Origin: an uncultured Verrucomicrobiae bacterium
GTDB lineage: Bacteria; Verrucomicrobiota; Verrucomicrobiia; Limisphaerales; JAFGQR01
Direction of reading: 5' to 3'
DNA length: 64,000 nt
NCBI GenBank assembly: GCA_963788655.1
Contig: CAWBHS010000064.1
Span: 1-64,000 of the forward strand
The notes below the pieces were generated by a model. That model searched no databases. It saw nothing but the letters and a program-made list of their open reading frames with translations, and was not told the DNA's origin. Made by a program: the position numbers and the translations under genes. Shown in pieces: positions 22,701-35,200 of the stretch (position 1 is its first letter; each line of letters opens with the position of its first letter).

Positions 22701-25700
22701 AGTCATAGAGCAATATCCCCTGGTAATAGAGGCGCAGGTTGTTGCTGGCGAAGTAAAAGTTGTAGTCGATGGTGAGGGTGCCACTCGTCGCCCCGGTATC
22801 CACGGTCAACCGGTCTTCCGATCCCGAGCCAGACGATTGGCGATTCACGGTAAAGAAAGACGGCACCCGCGCCAGCGTCACGGCATGAACCGGCGCGTTG
22901 GCTCCGGTGCCCACGGTCAAATTTACATCGACGGAACCGTCCGGATTGAAGCGGCCAATTCCCGAGGAGTCATTACCGTTAAGCCGGGCAAACGCGCCCC
23001 CCACCAGAATCTTGCCATCGTTTTGGACCCTGAGGGAATTGATCGGCGCATCCGCGCCGGTGCCCGGATCGAACGTCAAGTCCACGGTGGCGTCGGGATT
23101 CAACCGGACAATGTGATTGCGCGGCACGCCGTTGAACGTTTGGAAGTCGCCGGCCACAATGATCCGGCCATCGGGTTGCACGGCCACCGCCCGCACCGCC
23201 GCATCCGCGCCCACACCGGGATTAAAGGATACGTCCAGGGATCCGTCCGCGTTCAACCGCGCCAAGCGCGGCAGAAAGATGTCGTCCACCGCGAGAAAAT
23301 CACCGCCGATGATGATCTGGCCATTATCCTGACGGGCCAGGGCGTACACCGTGCGATTGGCGCCCACTCCGACATCAAACGTGGTGTCGAGTGTGCCGTC
23401 GCCATTGAGGCGGGCGACCCGGCCTCGGCTCTGCCCGTTGACCAAGGTGAAATCGCCGGCCATAAGAATCTGGCGGTCAGCCGGCGATCCCACGACAATC
23501 GTTCCCTGGTAGCGCCAGGAAATGCCATTGGTGGTGCGCTCGTTGACGGTGATGATCAGGTCGGTGGCCAGGCCGGGGCCGAAAGTCACTTGCGCCGAAC
23601 CGGTCACGGTATTGGTACCGACAAAGACGTTGGTTTGGTAGATGACCGCGTTGTCGTAATAAATCTGCAGGTCGTTAAAGATGCCCGTGACGTTGGTCGC
23701 CAGGTTGGTGGCATTGTAACCGTCGAACGTGAAGTTGATGCTCACGGTTCCAGCGTTGGCACCGACCGCGACAGTGTTGGTGTCGCTGTTCTGGACGCCT
23801 TGAGTGGAAAACCGCGAGAAATTCACCGTGGGCAACGGTTCAAGCGCGAGCGCGTACACCGGTCCGTTGGCGCCGTTGGTAAAACTGAATCCCGACACGG
23901 GTTCGCCGTTCGTTTCCAGCACAGCCACCCGGCCGAATCGTTGACCGTTGAAGTTGGTAAAGTTCCCGCCCACGACCACGGGACCATTGCTGCTGACGGC
24001 CACGGCATACACTGACCGGTCAAAACCCGTACCCAAGTCGAAGGTCCGATCGACCGTGCCGTCGGTATTCAGCCGGGCCAAACGGTTGACCGCCAAACCG
24101 TGCATCAAGGTGAAATCACCGCCCGCGTAAAGCTGCTGTCGCTGGTCGAAGGCCACGGCATACACGGTATCGTTTGCCCCGAAGTTCGCGTTGAACGTCG
24201 CGTCCACCCCCCCGGGAACGGGGGCAACGGTTTCGTTGTCCAGCACCGTAACGACGGTGTTCGAGGGGAATTCCAGGTGCGCGTTAATACCGACGGCATT
24301 CGTCAGCGCCAGGAAAATGGTTTTGTCCGGATTGAGCTGCGTATTGTCAATGATCGTCAGCTCGAAGGTTTTCGGGGCGAGGTCGTTGGAAGCCCAGTTC
24401 AGCACTCCCGTAGCCGGCACGTAGTCCAGACCGCCAATCGCTGTGCCGCCCGGCACGGTCGAATACGTTACGGAAACGTCGTTGCTGGCGATACCTTTGC
24501 GCACCACGGTGACGGTGAGGTTGGTGGCGTTTTCGTTCACGGCGTAGGCATCGGCGGAGAAGCTCAGCGTGGTGTCCTCGCTGGCGATGGTCATCACCGC
24601 ATTGGACAAGCTCAGGAAGGCATTGCCGGCGGGTTGAGGATTGCTGAGCACCAGATTGACGGTTTCATCGGGTTCGCCCAAATCGTCGTTGATCAGCGGG
24701 ACGGTAAAAGCCTTGGTCGATTCGTTCTCGTCCAGAGTCAAGATGCCGCTCACGCCCGTGTAATCCTGACCGGCCAGCGCCGTGCCGTCCTCGGTGTGGT
24801 AGGCAATCGTCACCTGGCCGCGGCGGCTGTTGGTGCGGGTCACGGTGATCACCGCAAACCCATCCACTTCGCTGACCAGGAAATTATTGGTAGCGAAGCC
24901 AATGAAACTGGGCGCAATTTCATCGTCGATGATGGTCAGCACCGCGTTGGTTTCCCCGAGCGTGGCGCCCCCGGTGGGATTAGACAGGGTCAAGTTAACC
25001 GTGCGATCGGTGTTGGTGATGGTGTTGTTGATGACGGGCACCATGAAGGTCTTCATCGTTTCGCCGTCGCCAAATGCCAGCACACCGTCGGACCCCACGT
25101 AATCCAGACCGGCCCGAGCCGTGCCATTGCTCGTAGCGTAATGCACCGACACGATGCCGTTGAAGCCATTGCGGCGGATGACGGTGATCACCGCGTTGGT
25201 GGCGTCTTCCATGACCACGTAGTTGGTGGTGCCGAAGGCGAGCACGCCGGCGGCAAAATCGTCGTCCACGATCGTCAACGTCGCGTTGCTGATCGCCAGA
25301 CTGGCGATGTTGGTGGGGAACGCATTGGTCAAGGTCAGCACCACGGTTTCGTCGCCCTCGACCAGGGTGTCGGCCACAATGGGAACAAACAGGGTTTTGT
25401 TGGTTTCGCCGGGCACAAATTGGACGAGCGTGGGCGGGACGTTCGAGTAATCGAGGCCCGCGGTGGCGGTACCGGTCGCGGCCGTGGCAAAGGTGGCTTC
25501 CACGGCACTGTTGGTGGCGCCGGCGCGCACGAACGTGATGGCGGCAAAGTGGCTTTGCACGTTCTCATTCACGCTGAACGTCTGGTTCTCGAAGCCAATC
25601 GCCGAATCATCGCTGGCAATCGTTACCGTGGCCCGTGGCTGAGCGCCCACCGCCACACCAATCGGATCGTTCAGGAACAGTTCGACGGTTTCCGGCGCTT

Positions 25701-28700
25701 CCACCAGGCTGTCGTCGATGATCGGGACGACGAAGGATTGGAACGTTTCGCCTTGCGGGAAATTAAGCCGTTGCACCATCGGCGTATAATCCACGCCGCC
25801 TTCGGCCGTGCCGTTTTGCGTATAGACTTCCACCGAGACCTCGCCGGCGGTGCCGCCGCGGCGTTGCACCGACACCGCAGCGAATCCGTCGCTCTCGTTC
25901 ACGTCGTAATTAAACCGGCTGTATTCCAGCGCGCCGGACCCGGCAATCGAACCGCCGTGCAGGCGCGCGATGCGGTTGCGCGTTTTGCTCTGCACTTCCG
26001 TGAAGCCGCCGCCGATCACAATCTTGCGATCCGGCTGGACCAGCAACGCCGCCACAAAGCCGTTGGCCCCGGCGCCGAAATTGATCGAGGGATCGGTCGA
26101 ACCGTCTTCGTTCAACCGGGTCAAGCGGTTGCGGGTCACCCCGTGGAACCGGGTGAAATTCCCGGCCACCAGCAACTTGCCGTCCGCCTGCACCGCCAGC
26201 GCGTACACCACGTCGTTGCCGCCCAATTCGCCATTCAAATACGCCGTGTCCAGGGAGCCGTTCGCGTTGAGGCGGGCGAGGTAATTTCGCGCCACCCCGT
26301 TGAAGTTGGTAAAGGAGCCGCCAATGAGAATCTTGCCGTCGGACTGCACCAGGATGGCGCGCACGGTGCCGCTGGCATCGGTGCCGGAGCCCGGATCAAA
26401 GCTGGGGTCCAACGAGCCATCCGCATTCAGCCGGGCGATGTGACTGCGGTTGGTGTTGTTGACCACGGTGAAGTCGCCGCCCAGCAGCACCTTCCCGTCC
26501 GGTTGCACGGCCAGGGCATAAACGGCGCCGTTCGGGCCGGCGCCGACATTGAACTCAGTGTTCAAGGTGCCATTGGTATTGACGCGGGCGAGGTACGGCC
26601 GGGAGACACCGTTGTAGAGCGTAAAGGAGCCGCCGACCAGCAGCCGGCCATCCGTTTGTTGCGCCAGGGCGAACACGGGATTATCCGCCCCCGCTCCCGG
26701 ATTGAAGAAAGCGTCCACGGTGCCGTCCGGATTGAGTCGCGCCAAGTGGCTGCGATTGGTATTGGCGACGGTCGCGAAGAAGCCGCCAATCACAATCCGG
26801 CCATCGGGTTGCAGGAGCATCGCCCGGATCGGGGCGTCGGGACCGGTGCCGGCGTTGAAGATCCCGTCCAGATTGGCCTCGGAGTTCAGCCGTGCGATCC
26901 GGTGCCGGGGGATCTGGTTGACGCGGGTAAAGTCGCCCGCCATGAGCATTTTGCCGTCCGGTTGCAGAGCCAGCGCATACACCGGCGCGTCCGCCCCGAT
27001 GGCGCCGTTCTCGTTGAAGGTGGTGTCGAGCGAACCGGCGGGAATGGCGCTGGATTCGTTGTCAATTATGGTCAAGAAAGCGGTTGCCGGATTGGTGAGC
27101 ATGGCGCCCCCGAGAACGTTGGTCAGGACCAGCCGCAGGTCACGGTCGCCATCAATGTTGGCGTTGTCCTTGAGTTGCACGCTGAAATTGGCGCTGACCT
27201 GGCCGTTGGTGAACACCAAAGTGCCGCTGGAAGCGTAGTAGTCGTAACCTGCCACGGCGCTGTCGTCGGCCGTGGTGTAATCAACCTGCACCGTGCCGGC
27301 AATGCCGCCGGTTCGCACCACGGTGATGATGGCGTTGGTGCCGTTTTCATCCGCCACGTATCGCGGGGAGTTGAAGCCCAGACCGCCGTACGCGTCGTCA
27401 TCGGTAATCGTCAAGGTGGCCGTATCCCGGTTGCCCAGCGCCACCGGATTGTTGGTGCCCGCCACGAAGGGATTGAGCAGGCGTAAATTGACCGTCAACG
27501 GCCCGGTGACCAGCCCGTCGTGGCGCAGGGGTATGTCAACCGTCTTGGGCGAGGAATCCGAATTGGCCCAAACCAATTCCTGGGTCACGGCCTGGAAGTT
27601 GGTGCCTGCCACGGCAGTGCCGTTGGTCGCCACCATGGTAACGCGCATTTCGGTCTGGTTGCCGCCGGTGCGGGTGACGACCACGTGCGCCACTTGGGCG
27701 TTCTCGTTGGTTTGATAGCTGGTTTGGCTGAAATTCAGCCGGCCCGGCTTGAAGTCGTCATCGATGATGATCAACGTGGCATTTTCCGTAGCCGTGGCCG
27801 GTCCTGGGTAGATCGTGGCCCCCCCCGTGGCATTGGTCAGCAGCAGCCGGATGTTCTCATCGAACTCGACCATGGTGTCGTTAAAGATGGGAATGGTGAA
27901 CGTGCGGCTGGTCTGGCCGGACAGGAACGTCAGGGTGCTGTGGGTGGGCGTGTAATCGGCCCCCGGCGTCGCGGTGGTCAACGGTGAGCTGTCTTCGGTG
28001 TAATAATCGACATTGACGGTGCCGCTGCTGCCGTTGGTGCGGATAACCGTGATGGTCGCCCGAATGCCATTCTCGTTCACTGTGAAAATCGGCTGGTTGA
28101 ACGTAAAGGAGCCGCGGCTGAAATCGTTATCGACGATGCGCACCTCGGAATAGGTGCGGGCCAGGCCGACGCCCAGCGGCACGTACTCACCGCCGAGATC
28201 CAAACTGCCGGCCGGATCGAAGAAGCCCAAATCAAAGGAGTGATCGCCTTCGATGATGTCCTCATCCAGGATGCCCACATTCAAATAATTTAAGCCCACG
28301 AAACCCACTTGCCGGGGTGCCACGTAGGCATACTCCGGCCAGATGGAATTGGTATCCACGGCCTCGTAATGAACGCCGGCGATGGCCAACCGGTTCGTGC
28401 TGCCCAAGTCCGCCGCCGCCGTGCCCAACCGGCCATCAATCCGGTGCAGGGTCACCGCCAGGTTGCCGGCGTTCTCGTCGATCGAGTAATCGCTGGTGAT
28501 GAATTCGACGTTGCCCGGACCTTGCGGGCCATTGGCCGTCACAGTGATGTTGGTGGAATTGGTGGTGGTAACGGTGCGGCTGGTCACGCCCCAGGTGCCA
28601 ATGAGGTGGGCGACGTTGTAACGGGCGATCTTGTCCGCCCGGCCCCAGGGAAGTTGGCCCAGGCGGTTGAAGGGGCTGGCGATGTTGTTGACTTCAAACG

Positions 28701-31700
28701 CCATATTCCCGCCGAGGTTGGTGAAGGAACCGCCAATGATGATGTTGCCGTTGGTTTCCAGAGAGATCGAATTGATGTAGTGCGGCGCTTCGTAGAAGTT
28801 CTTGCGGTTCAGTCCGGCAAATTGGTTGAACGCGGTATCCATGAAGCCCGTATCCAACGCGCCCGTAGTGAACAACCGCGCCAGCCCCATGCGACGGGTC
28901 TGGTTGTAACTGGTGAAAATGCCACCGATCAGCGGCTTCATGTCCGGCTGAAGCGCAATGCTGTACACCACGTCGTCAAAACCGGCGCCCGGATCAAACG
29001 TTCGATCCACCGTCCCGTCCGAATTCAGTCGCGCAATGGAATTCAGCGTTACGAAATCAAAGTCGGTAAAGGCGCCGCCGACCAGCAGCTTGCCGTCGGG
29101 TTGCACCGCCACAGTATAGACGGAGTTGTTGGCTCCGGCGCCGGGATTGAAGGTCGGATCCAGCGAGCCGTCGTCTCGCAAACGCGCCACGCCAAAACGC
29201 ACCTGGCCGTCGAAGGAGGTAAAATCACCGCCAACAAAAATGGTGCGTTGCTCAATGACGGGCGTAATGCTGGCTTTGTAGCTCCAGGCCGTACCGGGGA
29301 TGCCCTGTCCTTCATTCATGATGATGGTGACCTGACTGGAGTTGCCGGGACCATAAGGCAGCACCAACCGGCCGACGCCGGACAGTGACTGGTCCAGCAG
29401 GCGTTGCCCGTCGTAGTACACTCGAATGAGGTCAGGGATGGTCAGAAAATCGTAGTCAATGGTCACGACGCCCTGATTGGCACCGGTTTCAATGACGTTC
29501 ACATCCTCGAACTCATTGCCCTCGGCCACCCGCGGCGAAAAAATGGGAACGGGAAAATCCCGCACTTTGACGGACCAGATGGCGCCGTCGGCGCCGTCGC
29601 CCGCATTGAAGGTTGGGTCCAGGCTGCCGTCTTCGTAGAGTCGCGCAAGGTGATTGCGGTGCTGGCCGTTGAACGTGGTGAAGTCGCCGGCCACCAGGAT
29701 CTTCCCATCCAGTTGTACCGCCACAGAGAGCACCGGACCATTAGCGCCCAGACCGGGATTGAACGTGGGATCCAGCGCGCCGTTACTCAGGACGCGGGCA
29801 ATCCCATTGCGTTGATACCCGTTGTAGGAGGTGAAACCACCGCCCAGGTAAATCGAATCAAGATTGGCGGTTACAGTGTTCGTCACGTTCGCGGGATACA
29901 ATGCAATGGCCGCCACAAAACCGTCGGCGCCGGTACCGGGATTGAAGGTGGGATCGAGGAAGCCGTTGGCAAAGAGGCGCGCGACGCGATTGCGCGGCTC
30001 CGCGTTATAGGAGATGAATTCGCCACCAATCAGCGTCTTCTGGTCCGGCTGCACAACCGTGGCATAGACGGTATTGTTGGCGCCCGGAACCTGGTTAAAC
30101 GGCGGGGTGGAATAGGTGACATCCGATGGATTCCATTCCCGGTCGGCGGCGCCGGGCGGTTGTTCGTCATAGAGGATCGTGAGATTAGCGTAAGGATTGG
30201 GGCCCAGGGGACGGCCATGAGCAAGGTGCAGCCAGAGTTGAACGTCCTCGTTGAATTCAACAGTCGAGTCGTCCAAGCAAACCAAAGTGACCTGCCGCGA
30301 GGAGGTACGATCATCAAACGAAAGGACGACCGAGGTGGGCAAGTAATCCTGCGGATTGATCAAGGTCGGGGAACCGTCCGTGACCGGGGTGTTGGGAAAC
30401 TGGTATTCATTGGCATCCGCGTAATCGGAGCCTTCGTCGGGCACCAACAGACCGTAACCGTTCCACGTGCTCAACGTCACATCCACGTTGCCGCCTCCGG
30501 CGCCGGGCAAAATCACCGTGACGGTAATCGAATTCTGACCAGAACCGCTCCCGGAGTACTCGTTCATCCGGTAGTGGGCGCGTTCAATGCTGAAGCCGCC
30601 GACCACGTTGGTGCCACTGAGAACGCCATTGTCGATTTCCACGACGCCCAAAATGGCCTGACTGTTGGTCCCCAGCACGGGTTGGATGATATTGGGATCC
30701 TCTTCAGGGGCGGGACGTGGATTGGCCAACACGAGCGGAACGAGGCGGTTTACGTTGGTCAACGTAAGCGCGCCGTAGTAGCCATAACCGACCGGAACGA
30801 TAAAGTTGGTGCTCATCTGGTAGTCGTCAAACACCAGGGTGCCGCTGACGGGGGTGTAGTCGTAGAGTTCATCGGCCAAGACCATGTCCTGGGCGTTGAG
30901 GAACGCGTAGCTGGAAATGAGAAAGCTCAAGTCAAACCCATAATAATAGGGATAATAGAAGAAATAATCGATGCCCTCCCAGTAGGCGAGATCGAGCTTG
31001 TTGGTGGTGTAATAATCCACCATCACCCGCCCCCGGGCGCTGCCGGTGCGAGTCACCGTGATCAACTCGCCGGGAATATCCCGGAAGTTGTTGAAATAGG
31101 ATCCTTGCTGGTTCCAACGAGAGAGGCCGTCGGAATACTCACTCGTGGTCGCCCGGTAGAACTGCCGGCTGAACTGAATCTCACCGGCGATGTTCGGCGG
31201 CGGGACGGTCTCGTTGTCGATGATCGTCAACCGCGCCGTCCGCTGGGGTCCCAACGTGGCGCCACCGGTCACATTGCTCAGGCTGAGGTTGACCGTTTTG
31301 TTGCTGTTGATGGCGGAATTGTCCACGATCGGCACGGTAAAGCTTTTCACCGTTTCCCCGGATTGAAACACCAGCGTGCCGTGCGCGTCCACGTAATCAA
31401 TCCCCTTCAGCCCGGTTCCGTCGCTCGTGGCGTAATCCACGGTCACGGGCCCCGGTGGATTGGTGTTGTTGTAGCCCACCGTGATGGTGGCAAAACCAGG
31501 TGTGTCCTCCTGAACGGTATAATCCGCCAATAAGAACTGCACCTGGTTGGTGGTCGGCACGGCGTTCGTCGAACTGCCCGACATGTTCCAATTCAGCACA
31601 TAAAAGCCTTCGTCGTACATAAACAGGGAATTGCCGGAAAAGCCCATCAGCGCGACGAAGTACTCTTCAAAGGGCGAGGCGAAAAAAGTGACGGAACTCG

Positions 31701-32145
31701 TGCGGTTGGTTGCCGGCAATCCGGGCGGATTGTAGTCGTCATTGGCGCCGACCGGGAAGAGTTGCGCATACGTGGGGGGATTGGTGCCGTAGAATGACGA
31801 CCGCTCATAGACCGCCAGGACCGTATCCCAAGAGGTGCCCACCGTGTCGAACGTGGCGTAGCCTGAGTTGGTGGGAGTCCAACGGAACCAGACCGAATTC
31901 TGTGCGGTCTGGTACCAGTGCAAGGGTTCACCCACTTCCATGGTGGCCGAAAAATTATCGCCATTGGTCGTGCCCGCGTCTCCGACCAACTGCCAGGCAT
32001 TGGTGAGGTAGTCGTTGTTGGCAAATTGCGCCCGCGCATCAAGGCTGGCCAATGGCAGCACGGCCAGGAGGCCAAACCCGATCCAGCCGCCGCGAACCCA
32101 TCCCGGACTCCGGAGCATTTTCAAATGTCTTTCCATTGCGAACAT
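16763..32145 (-). CDS. Giant (~5130 aa) Calx-beta / delta-60-repeat surface protein; one gene split by indels at ~21809 and ~16868
   Basis: ORFs 21766..32184 and 16758..21812 join in the middle of a delta-60 repeat (SFPSI/GAPNGPVESIVV) when one G is removed from a GGG run. Signal peptide, PPC-like N-domain (ND...NA...SVWFRW), many Calx-beta domains and QPDGK...GG.F...ARLN.DG..D..F repeats, then a P-domain, DUF11 and a frameshift-masked YYRL tail. The start could be 32145, 32136 or 32118. Confidence 0.82.
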
Positions 32146-32211
32146 ATTAATTCTTCCAAAAAAACTGATTAAATCCGTCAGCACCGGCCGATCGCCAAGC
32201 CCGTCTGCGGT

Positions 32212-35200
32212 TTACGGACTCACTTGCCGCACGCGGTAGAAGCGTCCGCCGGGGGCGCCTGTATTGGTTTCGATAAAGCTGGCCAACGCACCCGTCGCCA
32301 CGTTGGTTCGGATCGCGGTCCAATCCACCAGATTGGTCGAGGTTTCCAGCGCATAGGACCACCCGGAATTACTGGGGAACGACACGGTCACGTCCGTCCC
32401 GCTCACCTCCGCGCTCAGCAGAATGGAGACATTGTGGGCCTGGTCATTGATGAGCCGGGCGATGCGGTGGCGCGGCACGCCAAACACCTGGGTAAAACTG
32501 CCGCCGATCAGAATGGCCCCATCCGGCTGCAAGGCCAGGGCATACACCGAACCATTGGCGCCTTGGGCCACTCGGAAATCCGTATCCAGCGAACCGTCGG
32601 CATTCAACCGGGCCACGCGAATGCGGCTGACGCCATCGACGTGCAAGAAGTCGCCGGCCAGCAGAATCTTGCCATCCGGCTGCATGGCCAGCGCGTACAC
32701 CGGCCCGTCCGCGCCAAAGCCCGGATCGAAGCTCGTGTCCAGCAAACCATTGGCGTTCAGGCGTGCGATTCGAGTGCGGCTGACCCCGCCCACCAGGTGA
32801 AGTCGCCGCCGATAATGACTTTGTTGTCGCTCTGAACCAACACGGCAAACACCGCGCCGGTGGTGATGGTCGGCGGCGTGAACTGATCATCCAACCCACC
32901 GTAATCATATAATCGCGCCACCCGACTGCGCGGGAGCAGGTTGACCGTGGTGAAGTCGCCGCCAATGACCAGCCGGTTGTCCTCGGGATTCTTGGCCACG
33001 GCGTTGACCACGCCATTCGCGCCCGCGCCCGGATCCAGGCTGGTGTCCTCGGCGGCATTGTTCAGAAAGCGCATGATGCCCGCGACCGGTCGGGAGAATC
33101 CGCCGCCAGCCAGCGTTTTGCCACCGGGCAACGGCCAGATGGCCGTCAGCGCCGCATTCAACGTGTTACTCTTGTAAAAGATGCTGTCCACGGAGCCATC
33201 CGATAGCAGCCGCGCGATGTGATTGCGGTTGGTCCCGTTGATCATGGTGAACGCCCCACCCAGCACAATTTTGTTCGAATCGGGCGGCACGCCGAGCGCC
33301 GACACCACCCCATCGGTGCCCTGCGCCACCAGGTTGGTCACCAGACTTTGATCGTTGGTCACCACCACCGATACTTCCAGGGTGAATTCGTTGGTGAGGT
33401 AGTTGGTGACCCACCCCACGACGTTGGTAACGTAGTAGGGCGCGAGGAAATTGGTATCCAACGTGCCATCGGCCATCAGCCGGGCCACGTAATCGTGCGG
33501 CACTCCATCCATCTGGGTGAACGCGCCCCCCACCAGCACCCGGCCATCGGCCTGCACGGCCAGCGCCCGCACCGCGTCATTTGCTCCTTCGACCGGCACG
33601 AACGTATCATCCAGCGAGCCGGACTGGAAATCGTTGTCTTCGATCACCACGGTCGCCGTGGTGGGTCCCGGCAGGATGACGCCCCCGGCCGGATCAAACA
33701 GGGTGACCAAGAAATCCTCGTTCCCCTCCACGTTATTGTCCTCGAGAATGGGGATGACAATGACCTTGTTGGTTTCGCCGTCTTCGAACGTGATGAGGTT
33801 GTCGGTTTCCGGAATGTAATCCAAGCCCGGCGTGGCGGTGCCGGGCGTGGTGATGTAATGCACCGTTACTTCACCGCTAAAACCATTCGTGCGGGCCAAC
33901 CGCACCGAGACATTGGCGGACCCTTCAGCCACCAGGTAATCGACCGGCTGGAAGACGACGTGCCCCGGATGATCGTCGTCGTCGATGATGGTCAGTGTGG
34001 CGTTGGACCGGCCCAGGGTGCCTTCCCCCACCAGATTGCTCAGGACGAGCAGCACGGTTTCATTCCCTTCATCCAGAAAATCATCGCGTATTTGCACCGA
34101 AAAACTTTGCGTGGTCTGGCCGAAGCCAAAGATCACCGTGCCGTTGGTGGGATAGAAGTCCAGGTTGGTGGTCGCGGTGCCGGGCAAGGCGGCGTAATCA
34201 ACGCTCAACAGCCGGTTGGAAACCCCGGTGCGGATCAACGTAATATTCGCCAGGAAACCAAATTCGTTGACGGAGTAATTCGCCGAACTGAACCCGACAT
34301 TGGCGTCGTAATCAATGATGGTCACCGTGGCGATGCCCGGCGGCTGGATGAGCGCGTTGTCCGACGCGTTGGTCAGCACGATGTAAAACTCGTGTTTGGG
34401 TTGCACCAGGCTGTTATTCAGGAGCGGCACGCTGATGGCTCTTCCCGTTTCGCCGGGGGCAAAGGTCAAGGTGCCGTTGGTGCCCTCGTAATCCTGACCG
34501 GCCAAGGCGAGGCCGTCCACGGTGTAATAATCGACCGTGGTGGTGCCGTTGGTGTTGAAGCTGCGCAGCACCTGCACGGTGGCATAGGGCCGGAATTCGT
34601 CCACCTCCACTGCGTTGGTGAAATACGTCAGCAGCGCCGGCGGCGGCTCGTTGTCCAACAAAGTCAGCACCGCGTTGGTCGGACTGCTCATGGTCGCGCC
34701 GCCCGTGGGGTTCTCAAGCTGCAAGAGGATCGTCTCGTTTTCCTCCCACACCGCATCGTCGAAAATGGGGACGACAAACCGGTTGATATTTTCGCCATCA
34801 GCAAACGCCAGCGTGCCGTTCACCGATTCATAGTCCACGCCCGCCTGGGCAGTGCCGCCCGTCGTCCGGTAGTTGACGGAGACGATGCCCGAGCTGCCGT
34901 TCACCCGCTGGACGGTCACCACGAAGTCCACGTTGCCTTCCGTCACTTCGTATTCGGAGGCGGAGAGGCGGAACCGGCCTTCGGCGATTTCATTATCCAC
35001 AATCGTCAGGATCCCCTGGCGGTTGGTCCCCAGGATGGCCGTGCGGCTGGGCAACGTGGCAATGGGATTAGTCAACTGGACACTCAAGGCCCGGTTCCCG
35101 TCCGGGAAAAAGTTGTCGAGGAGCGGCACAAACACGTTTTTCTGAGTTTCGCCCACCTGAAACACCAGCACGCCGTTGGTCGGGGTAAAATCCACGTTGG

